Position numbers and translations under genes: made by a program. Shown piece by piece: positions 49,491-59,493 of a stretch of 64,000 bases of DNA. This DNA is from Leidyana gryllorum EB-2025a (Eukaryota; Protista; Apicomplexa), in the NCBI GenBank assembly GCA_048772705.1, contig JBLWGC010000159.1, positions 62,001 through 126,000 on the forward strand, written 5' to 3'. Below the pieces are notes generated by a model. The model was given only the letters and a program-made list of their open reading frames with translations, was not told the origin of the DNA and made no database searches. Within the stretch, counting starts at the first letter, position 1; each line of letters starts with the position of its first letter.

Positions 49491-51954
49491 TCAAGGCTCA
49501 TTTTGAAGTTGGGTACTAACAATATTATTGACTGGGGTGCTGGTACCATCATTGTTATCTTCGTCTTCACCAGACGAACACTCTGCTGGACTGAAAAGTC
49601 GCGACGAAAGGCTAGGCATGTCTGTTCCCATGTGACCGCCGCTAGTCCCCACAGGCGACGACGATGCGGAGGAACTCGGTAAACCACCAGACGACGACGT
49701 TCTCCGCAATCTCTTCCCATCTGACCCGCCTCCTCCAGACGACGGCCGCTTTCGTCCAGAGATCTCTTCATCATCCGTCCGAGGCTCGGTTCCTTCACTG
49801 ACGGCATCGTCATCGTTTCCAAACAGTGCAACCTGCAATTGTGCATTGTGCAAAGTGCATCTCGGATTGTGCATTATACATCGTGATTGTGCATCGTGGT
49901 GATCAGGGGGGATGAGATTGATGGGAGTGATAGGATTGAGGGGATTGATGGCATTGCCTCCAAGAGATACAAAATAGAAATAATCACTCACCGCTGCTGA
50001 TTCTTCCTCGAATGCGACAGTCTGGTCTTGAGTCATCGACGGGCGTCGCGGGGGTCCCCCTTCGTTATGGGTCTGTGGCGTGGGTAAGGTGGCCTCAGTG
50101 TACATGTAATATTCGTTCAATGCGCGAGGTGAGAACCGTTGATGGGTCGTGGGTATCGGGAAGGTCATCATGGCGCTTTGAGCTGCTTGTGCTGTGTTGT
50201 GCATCTCTTTGAATAGTGAACTGAGTCTCGTTGAGATATCATCGGCCAGAGTGGATCCCCGTTGTGCGTATTGGATGAACTGCTGCTCACGAGCTCGCAC
50301 TCCGTCTACTTGTGCTGTCAACTTGACGTGTTCCTGGCGCAGTGCGTTGATCTGTGCCTCGAGACGCGCATTAGTTTCCATAGCCAAATTGTATCGCTGG
50401 TCCAGAGTTCTAATGTGCGAGTCCGCGTCATCTGCCATTTCCTTCAATCGCTGCTTCTCTATTGCAGTTTCATTCAGTGTGACGTTGAGTCGTTCGATCT
50501 CTTCCCGGAACCGATTGGTCTCAGCAGCGTGTTGATCCAATTTGCTCTCCGCCTCGTCCAAGCGCGTTTGGGTGTCTGCGGCCTGTTTGATGGCCTGTTG
50601 ACGTTTGAGTTCCAGACGCTCGACCTCCTCCAATAAGCCATTACGTTCATTACACGCTTCGTCGCGTTCCTAAAAAGAGAGAGTGAATGAGATCCTCGCC
50701 ACACATTGACTCAGCAACAACCGGACTCACCCTTTGGGTATTGCTTAACTGAGAAGTGAGGCTGCTCGCCTTCTTTTGGGCGAGGCCGAGTTCAACTTCC
50801 AACTCGGAGATTCTCTCCAGCGCTTCACGTTTTTGTTGTTCCGATTTGCGATTCTCGCTAGAAGAGTTTTCAATCTCTGCAAGACGACCATTGGCTTTCC
50901 GTAAATCTGTCTCCAAGCGCGATACTGTGTTGCGCAATTTATCATTCTCATCTTCTAGCCGGCGGCAGTTGGCTGTTTGGAGATCTCGATCTTCACGTAA
51001 AGTGTGGGCCTCTTCGGTGGCTTTTTGATAACGGTTCCGCAGCAGATCGACCGAATCAGACTGCTGACGGGCGGTTTGAGGCGTCACTGATGCGTCCAGA
51101 TCGTAAACATGGCCCCCCGACATATGGTCAGAGGGAGCAGCATACGAACTCCGCGTCGCCGGAGACGCCTGTTGAAGCCCCGGTTCGCTCTTAACTAGTT
51201 TACGAGCTTCTTGAATTACAGCAGACCGCGGTCTGCCCTGCAAAATACGGACACAGCCGAGATCTTTGACAGGAAACGGCAGCGCAGTCAGATGGTGCAA
51301 CTGAAACCGAGGGTTCCGCTCGTGAAAAGGCGTCGTCAGAAATAATAAAGGCACAAAAGCGAACACAGGATGCACATTCGGATCGCCACTAGAGGTTTCT
51401 AGTCGGGGTCGCCCCAATGCGATCGATTGATTACTGTCCAAACTTGGCGCGATTGGGGTGAAAGCCGCCGAATGCCCAAATCCCTGAACTGTTCGCACAG
51501 ATAGATTGTGCAGTTGATCCTTAGGAATTCGTGTGTCACCATCAAAGCAGCCATTGGTACTCGTATCTCGGATGTACAAAGTCACATCAAGTTGATCACC
51601 ACGACCGAACACTTTGTTTCGATTTTCATTGGCGGTCGCTGTCGACGGGGTAGTCGTTACCACAACTCGCCATTGAATGCTTGCGTGGCTCGTCGAGATA
51701 GCTCGATCTTTCAATACTATATCACTGCTGGGCTTTCGGCCTATCAACAAACTTCCGGTGAACACCATACTCCCGTCGGCTCCTCCATGATCAAAGTAAG
51801 CTTCGTCAATGATATTCAGTAACCATAACCGACTTGGCCAGCCTCCAGGAGGAGCAGTAGCGGCCGTCTGTAATGACTGGTCCTCCGAACCAGGAACAGT
51901 CAACACACCAAGATGCACAGCCGTGAAGCTCTGACTCGATCTGAAGGATACCAT
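49491..51954 (-). CDS. FHA-domain coiled-coil protein, multi-exon
   Basis: FHA motifs LLIGRKPSSDIVL, ISTSHASI and IRDTSTNG; long heptad region; Ser/acidic tail with NLS-like RKRP..KRLRR. Confidence 0.85.
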
Positions 51955-51976
51955 TCACCCACTTTTTTGGGAAACT

Positions 51977-53389
51977 ATGAAATCCATCAATATATATGGC
52001 CACCGACCGAATCTCCATCCAGATGACGAGTATATACTCAGCTATCTACTCACCACCACGGCACAACAATCAGAATCACCATTTGTTATCCTAGATAAAC
52101 CAATCACAAATGACAAAGCCGAGATGCGAGCAGATTTACACAAGCTTCGTGCCCTCATGCTCGGCGGCTGTTGTGTCATCGGCGTATTCGTTGCCAGCCA
52201 TACCTGTATTTCTACCTCCTCAACCATACAAACTCACGTCAAACGAGTAACTGCCGAGATCAAACGTTTACACCAACCCCTCCTTACCCATATCTATACT
52301 GTCGAACGAGATATCAATGATCGATACGTTGCTACACCTCACACTCTGCAAGAAAATGCGGACGACAACACCTCTCTCCCAGCTTCAAGAGTTCAATTCA
52401 TTCGAAAACTACCTCACACTCTGTTCGTCGTCCGCCCGGCGAGCCATTTTCGACTCCTCCTCCATGGATCTAAATCTTCATTTGGAGCGGTCACAGTCAG
52501 CAAAGCCCAAAAACTCTGGCAGGGACTACTGACTGATCACCTGACAGAAACAAGCGAAACTTCTCATGTTCAAGTTCTCCAACACAACAACCCCGAAAAC
52601 ATGATTTGCCATCGCAATGTCACAAGTGACACGTCCTTCAACACGCTCATGCTGCGATGCCGCCGCGAACGGCGCCAATTGCTGACACTTCAAGGTTCAA
52701 TCATTCTCCATCCGACCCAGCAGCCAGTGGCTGAAGGGGAAATCCGAAATACATGGTGGGCCAATCTAGAGACAGCGAACACAGAAGCCGGAGATGAAGA
52801 CACTGTAACGCTGGACTTTCAAACCCTTCACACTCCCGCCGCCCTATGTTTCCCAGAGGACTCCCTAGCTTTTGCGCACAAGAAACTCAGGTCAGATCGC
52901 ATACGCACACTGGCGTACCGCTTGACTGCTTGCTGCAAACAGCTGAGCAGATCCTCTGTGCTACAGATCACGCAGGCAAGTGGTGTGATCAGGGTGGCAG
53001 GAGCTAGTCGTCGATTTGTCCCTGGAACTTCGGCCGGACTGGACAGGGTGTACGTTGGCATGTGGGAGCACGAGCTGTCCTTGGAGGCCTCCAAGCTGTG
53101 TCTCGATGAAGGCTTCTTCAAACCGATTCCTGCCGAGTATGAAGCTCAAGTACAGGAAGAAGAAGAAGCGCGTGCCGCAGAAGAGAAGATAGCCGCACGT
53201 CAAGCGAAGGAGAAGGAACAGCAAGCCGCGATGGACCGGGGGAAGAGAAAATTAAAGTTGACCGTAGCGTTTTTCCTCCTTAGTGTCTCAGTGTCCTCGC
53301 TGCTCCTACAATCGTCAATGGGTAGAATGAATTCACCATTCCTGTCATGGCTTGGTACTCAATTGTTTTCTCAACCACCCCGAATGTAA
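51977..53389 (+). CDS. ODR-4-like tail-anchored ER protein
   Basis: KLRALMLGGCCVIGVFV resembles ODR4 (RMLPGGxxVLGxF); C-terminal TM segment LTVAFFLLSVSVSSLLL. Confidence 0.6.
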   Translation: MKSINIYGHRPNLHPDDEYILSYLLTTTAQQSESPFVILDKPITNDKAEMRADLHKLRALMLGGCCVIGVFVASHTCISTSSTIQTHVKRVTAEIKRLHQPLLTHIYTVERDINDRYVATPHTLQENADDNTSLPASRVQFIRKLPHTLFVVRPASHFRLLLHGSKSSFGAVTVSKAQKLWQGLLTDHLTETSETSHVQVLQHNNPENMICHRNVTSDTSFNTLMLRCRRERRQLLTLQGSIILHPTQQPVAEGEIRNTWWANLETANTEAGDEDTVTLDFQTLHTPAALCFPEDSLAFAHKKLRSDRIRTLAYRLTACCKQLSRSSVLQITQASGVIRVAGASRRFVPGTSAGLDRVYVGMWEHELSLEASKLCLDEGFFKPIPAEYEAQVQEEEEARAAEEKIAARQAKEKEQQAAMDRGKRKLKLTVAFFLLSVSVSSLLLQSSMGRMNSPFLSWLGTQLFSQPPRM

Positions 53390-54236
53390 AGTGCGACATC
53401 ATCAATTCCCCAACTGGCAATGCACGGATCTTTCGCACCCAGAGTAGTTCCAAATTCTAAGGTCTAAGATGCGTGATCAAACACGATAGATCGGAAGTTT
53501 TCTCACCAAGTCAGTAGAATTGTGCTGTATGACGCCATCGAATAGTTGTGACAACTTGTCACCTGCCACATCACCACATTGGTTCACACCTTGCATGTAG
53601 CAGCGAGACTGATAGGCCTTTTCACACCATCGATAGTTGTGCGTGAAAATGTAGTTGCCATCAGCCTTCACCCAAAATACTTCGCCTTCCCACTGATCGA
53701 TGAAATGCGCGCGAAACGATATACGAAGTTGCTTGTGGGAGGGAAAGAAGTCTTCGTACTTCTTTCGAATGCTCAAAGAGGCGCCGAGTTTGCAGTGTCC
53801 TCCCAAAAAGATGTCGCTGTTGAGACCGCAGGATGAAAGACGCATTGGTTCCCATCCTGCGGGTGCGTCGTCGAACGTTGTCAGGTCAAGTAGCCACCAA
53901 TCGTTGTTAACAGCTTTTGTCAAGTCAATGTCCGATACTTCAAATTCTCCATCTATCTGTACAGCCTGCTCTGTCCCATTGACCCAAAGAAGACCTTGTC
54001 CTTCGCCTTCTCCGAGTGTCTTGTGACCAAGAACATGCCAAGTATTGGTTGCGTTGTTCCCTCTCAATTCAAAGTGGCCTGCAACGCGCGAGTAAACCTC
54101 GCACACATGGAGAGCACTCACTGTCATCTCTTGCTGCCATGAACAGTCGTGCCTGTCCGTCCTTATCATGCCTCACTACCACCTGCGCTGCCCGCGCGAC
54201 TTGGAGAAGGATTGTGCCGAAGAGAAGAACCCACAT
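53371..54236 (-). CDS. Secreted protein of the alveolate LGGxC...PxH...FIDxWxG...SWGI family (possibly crystalloid PH-like protein related), multi-exon
   Basis: Signal peptide MWVLLFGTILLQVARA; FLGGHCKLG, PSHKQLRISFRAHFIDQWEGE; last exon LEFGTTLGAKDPCIASWGIDDVALYIRGG*. Confidence 0.6.
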
Positions 54237-54238
54237 AT

Positions 54239-55198
54239 TCAGGACTGTGTGGTGTGTGCGCTCTGGCGTGTCTCCCAATCGATGATCTTCGTTCCTTTGC
54301 CAACGTACTCTTCCCGGACGTCCAACAACCCTGTGGAGCTTATAATGGGTGATCGTGCTAATCCACTCACAGTTTTCGTGATCTTGATGCGCTCGTTTCA
54401 AGTCGAAGAAATCGTATAGACTATCCGTTATACTTTTGGCCGGGAAGAAATCAGGGTTATTAATCCGCCGAATATATGTAGCATATTCGACGCTGAAGAA
54501 GCGCCTCTCTAGGTTCGCGGCCATGGTCGACTGCAAACAGCACGTAGACCCAAGTTCGATGCGCAGCGAGTAAGTTACTCACGTTCGCAAAACCCTCAGT
54601 CAGGAACTTGTCATCCACTGCAAAGTTTGCTTCCTTTACAGGAGTGCGAAGTCAGCTCACCGCTTCGGAGTTTCCGTTTTCGAACGACACAATAGTTGTC
54701 AAACAATCGTTCGACTTTACTTCTACTGTACCAGGGATCAGGAGATTGCCACCAGGCGTTAGTTTTACTGACAGATCGTATATCCGTGTAGTCAAGTGCG
54801 GAGCCTCCACTCACGAAGTTAATAGCTGGATCCCTATTTCAATATAGTAAGGATCAGGAGGTGGTAGCAATTCCGTCGTACGCTTCTCGGATTTTAACAA
54901 CTCATCTAGACCGGCTGTGACATTACTAGTGTACAATACAATATTTCAGTGCTCAAGTACCTTCAGTCAGCCAGCAAGGCGGGACTGGAAGAGCAATTTT
55001 CAGTTTGATGAGTTCTTCACTGATAAAGAATGGTAATCTAACCAAATCACCCGACTCATATGGCCCTATATCGTCCAACAAGGGGCATTTGGTGCGGGGG
55101 AAGTTGGTTTGGAAACATACATCGAGATCCGTAGCGATATTTGCGAGATAGAATTCCTCTGCAAACGTGAGAGGACGCGATGCTTCTGCTTTCCACAT
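54239..55198 (-). CDS. PSF2: GINS complex subunit 2, multi-exon
   Basis: EEFYLAN...DIGPYESGDLVRLPFFIS...PVPPCWLTE..LDELLKSEK...PPPDPYYIEIGIQLL aligns with GINS2 motifs. Confidence 0.85.
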
Positions 55199-55319
55199 CA
55201 GGTGCGGATGTCTGTCACACAGCAGTAGTGTTGATATCAATACTCTTTGAGTGTTTGTGAACGAAGACGAATCTGCTCTGCCAAGTTTTTTGACCCTGCT
55301 ACACACAGATCTCATAGAC

Positions 55320-57595
55320 TCAATAGCGAGCGCCATAGCCATGTCCGTCGCCATACCGGTTACCTCCGCCGAAACGCCTTTGGGCCCCATAACCACCGTA
55401 CCCTCTACCTCCATGGGACTTGGACCCACCTGAAGAGTAGGCTAGTTGCTGCAGCTCAGGCGGCACCGGTTGAGAAGCCTCCTGCATGATCTTTATTAGA
55501 TCACGAGCCAGTCTACCCTTATCTTGGGTGATGAAGGAGTAGGAGCGTCCATGAGCTCCTGCTCTGCCAGTACGTCCGATCCTATGAACGTAGTCTTCGA
55601 TCTGGCCCGGCATGTCGTAATTGATGACGTTCTTCACGTCCTTGACATCCAAACCCCTTGATGCCACGTCAGTGGCGATCATGACGGGATGTTTTCCGCT
55701 CTTGAATTGCTCCAACACATATTTCCTCTCCTCTTGTTCTTTGTCGCCGTGAATTCCCAAAGCCATGAAACCTTCTGTGCGTAATTCTTTCGTTAGAATG
55801 TCAGCATTCCGCTTGGTTTCCACAAAGATGATCGTCCTCGCGTTCTTGTCTTGCTCGAGAATCTGGTTCAGCAAATCGCGGATTCTTTGACGCTTTTGGA
55901 ACTCCTGAAAGATGACTCATTGAAATGGAACTATGAGGCAAACGATTGCACAAGAAGACAGCAGTAGCAACAAAGCCCTCCTCCACTGTTGGACAAGCAG
56001 TGAACCACACGATAGCCCAATACCTGCAGTGCCAACCACCAAGACCCACACAGCGAAATTAATCAACGTGTCTTGCTCACCACTCCCACTGAAAATGTGG
56101 GTTGGGCTGGAGGGATCATATATATTTCCAGCGGAAAGTGCACCCTAAGATCATCATCACCAGTCTACCACCGACCAGTTCAAGATAATAGAGTAGCAGA
56201 AGCGCCTCTCGAGGAAAAATTAGTGGCATCAGTCGCTGCCTGCCTGCCTGCTCCTTCACCATTTTGAGCTAGTCTTCCGCAAAAGGAGACAGACAACAGA
56301 AGAATGATACCAATTTTCCCTCGATTAGTACCAAGAAAAGGGCTAAGCCACCCAGTTCCTTCCCTCCAGCTTGAGCCAGGGTGCCATAACGCGGCAACAA
56401 CCGAAACCATTGAATAGGGTACTCGGTTGACACACAATTGAAGAAGGGCACAACCGAACAGCCAGAACACACACATGAACACATAAAATGCTTATTACCG
56501 TGACAACTTCAACGATCTGTTCCACATTGTGACTAGCCTTCAATTCCGTAGACCCTAAAGAAATTGATTGTAGCTGAGACAGAACAGCCCGAAACTCTTA
56601 CCGATGGTAACATGAACAGGGTCTTCTTTGCAGAGATCCCGTGCAAGCGCTTGGACTTCTTTAGGCCAAGTAGCAGAGAACATAAGTGTCTGTCGATCGG
56701 GTCTAATTTGACCAACAATCTTCTTGATCTGGGGTTCGAAACCCATATCCAACATTCGATCGGCCTCATCCAAAACCAAATATGTCACTCTCCGAAGGTT
56801 GATCACGTCCTTCTCCAGGAAGTCAATGAGCCGACCCGGGCAAGCAGCCACAATCTCGCAGCCGCCGCGCAGTTGATTGATTTGTTGACGTCTAGGTGCT
56901 CCTCCATAGGCAACTCCGGTTCGACACCGCAAAGCGAATTTAACGGCCTCTTCTTTGATCTGTTCGACCAATTCCCGAGTGGGTGCCAGGATAAGTGCGA
57001 TGGGACCATCATCAGGCCGGAGTCTATCCTGGGCCTCAATGTGGACCACCGCGGGTAACAGGAATGCGAGTGTCTTGCCGGATCCGGTCTCAGCAATTCC
57101 AATCATATCCCGTCCACTCAAAGCAATAGGCCATGCTTGAAGCTGAATAGGACTGGGTGACTGGAAGCCGGCCTTGTACAACCTCTGAACTGTTTCGGTA
57201 GTGAATCCAGCGTCATCGAACTTGCAGATGGGATTAGGAGCAGGCCCGCCTGCAACGATGACGATTTGGTGCTCTCTTCGTAGCCGATCGACTTCCTCTC
57301 TTGACATCTCAGCAACTCGTGGTGACTCGTGGTAGAAATCCTTGCGGAAAGGCGTTAACGGAACATTCTTCCAATCAATGGTCTTGCATCCGCTTCCAAA
57401 AGCCCTGTCGGAGTTCCGGGTACTGCTCGAACTTCCCCCGTAACCTCCGAATCCACGGCTGCCTCCACCATATCCTCCAGAAGAACCTCCATAACTCCGA
57501 CTAGGTGACCGGGTACGGTTATACGGAGACGTACCGTATCCCGCTTGCTGATAAGGTCCTGAGGGGCCGAAACTAGAGGCTGCGTAGCTCGACAT
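55320..57595 (-). CDS. DBP2: DEAD-box RNA helicase DBP2/DDX5 (p68), 3 coding exons
   Basis: [69 protein letters not shown]; RGG/GY-rich tails. Confidence 0.98.
55905..56498 (-). promoter_or_regulatory. Long (594 nt) structured intron of DBP2 with candidate 8-nt poison micro-exon (56081-56088)
   Basis: Donor ACG|GTAATA at 56498 and acceptor TTTCAG|GAG at 55905; several perfect inverted repeats; internal TTTTCAG|TGGGAGTG|GTGAGC. Confidence 0.6.
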
Positions 57596-57856
57596 CGCTT
57601 TCGCAGCTCCCAAAAAAAATAACCTAATTGTTTGTGCTCCTCTCGTGTCCCAAATTGCTCTGAGACACACGTTTTGCTACTACCTAATCAATGGCCACAA
57701 CGGTGCATACAGCCTCAGCCACTCGCTTTGTCGTATCCGCAGCCCAAAACTGCACGATATCTTGCGACCACAGATCGGGTGCAGCAGACTGCGTTCCCCA
57801 GGGTGCACGAGCGCGACTTTGCATTATATTCGTGATTCTGCTGATTGGTTTAATTT

Positions 57857-59107
57857 TTAAGGGGTTGCATTCAATCTTCTGGCATCAGCCGTGCTGTCCT
57901 CCGACTTTGGAGGTTCTGAAGCAGTGTGCGAGCAGTTTGAAGAGATCGACCGCACACTCAGCTTCTTCCACTTGTGAAAACCTCGTACAACCGACATGCC
58001 AAAGAAAACCTATCACAGCCAAGTCAGATATCGAAGGCGGGGGTGGACTCACTGGGTTGACTTCGCACATCACAGAAACATCTTCACCATCAAGGTTGAC
58101 CTTGTATCCTGACCCCACCAGATCACCAATGTAGTTTATGATTTCTACACGCTTCAAAGTCGAGTTATTGCGACTAGACCACCGCACTGCCCATCGCTCC
58201 GATTGAGCGTCACATGGTGTCGCATCAATAACCAGTTCTTCAATATAGTTCCCGTCAGTAGCTTGCGCGTTCGCCCCAGTAACATCACGATCCTGTCTGG
58301 TCCCAAGCTGTTCAAGAGCGGAGGAGTCGTTGGATTGCTGATTTCCAGGTTCGTCGCCAGCAGAGCTCTCTGGTGGCACATTCGCAGGCTGTTGATCGCC
58401 TGACTGGCAAGCTACTGGATCTGTTGACGTGGCACTATGACTTCTCTTGTCTTCTGGTGGCGAGTCGGCGAGTTCATGCTGAAGCGGATTTGAGTCCTTC
58501 GCCCCTAATGGGAAGTAGGCCGGTATCACTTGCTTGAGCAAACGGCGGGCTTCAACATGGAAAGGTTTGCAGACATAATCCACGGGAGTAAGCCGTTCTG
58601 CATAGCTGTTGGCGGCGATGTCATGGAGTAGGGTTGAGATTGCTCACGATAGTTTGACGGAGTCTGGGGCAGCTGACAACCGTTCGAATATCTCGTTGAC
58701 GAGGACTGAAGGCGGTCTGCTCGGGGCCTTTTTGAACCCCACGAAGCAAACGCCTTTGGCGAGTTCACATATTACGAAAGGGTCCGGTCCTTTGGCTTTA
58801 ATGGCAGATAACTCGGCGGCCATCGCATCTTCGAACGATTGTTCAGTACTTTGGGAGGGAGGAGGAGGATCAGACGCGGTGGCTCCTTCGCCCACCTGCT
58901 CCAGCAGGTTGATAACCTCGCGAGCTGCTTCTCTCCATTTGGCTGGAGCGGCTACTGTTATCACAATTCCCAGACAAAGGGACGAGTCGGTGGTTTGAAG
59001 TTTGCGGCGCTGTAACGATTTGTTCGATTGGTGAGTGTCCCAAAATGCGGTACCTTTAGAGTAGATTCGCGTGTGATTCGTGGCGGTCTCTTCTTATTGG
59101 AACCCAT
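57857..59107 (-). CDS. THUMP-domain protein (THUMPD1/Tan1-like, tRNA ac4C adaptor), multi-exon
   Basis: WAVRWSSRNNSTLKRVEII...YKVNLDGEDVSVMCEVNP-VFFGMSVVRGFHKWKKLSV; first exon MGSNKKRPP. Confidence 0.8.
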
Positions 59108-59130
59108 AATAACTTTTAGTTTTCCACCAG

Positions 59131-59397
59131 ATGTCTTTCGAAGCTGCAGCGAAATGGGTCCAGGACCCCAACAATGCGGGGGACTTCAAGCCTAGCAACA
59201 GCGACAAGCTCAAGATTTATGGTCTGTACAAGCAGGCAACTCAGGGTGATTGCAACACCAAACGCCCAATGGCGATCAACATGACTGAAGCTGCAAAATG
59301 GGATGCCTGGAACGCGTTGAAGGGCACTTCATCCGAGCAAGCCAAGACTGATTATGTAGCGCTAGTCAAGACATTGTGTCCTGGTGCTTCTTTCTGA
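59131..59397 (+). CDS. ACBP: Acyl-CoA-binding protein
   Basis: FEAAAKWV...KLKIYGLYKQATQGDCN...KWDAWNALKG.S.EQAK..YV. Confidence 0.97.
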   Translation: MSFEAAAKWVQDPNNAGDFKPSNSDKLKIYGLYKQATQGDCNTKRPMAINMTEAAKWDAWNALKGTSSEQAKTDYVALVKTLCPGASF

Positions 59398-59493
59398 TCA
59401 TTGTTGCGTTTCTATGCTCGCCTTATGACATCTTGCTGAGAATTCGGTGGTCTTCAACCAGTCATTTCGTTCTTCGCATGGAGAGATAAAATG

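Noticed and set aside
56145-56165. Box C-like GTGATGA in the DBP2 intron (C/D snoRNA) or a TPP riboswitch
   Set aside because: No downstream CTGA box D within the intron, and no TPP aptamer core (CTGAGA...) is visible
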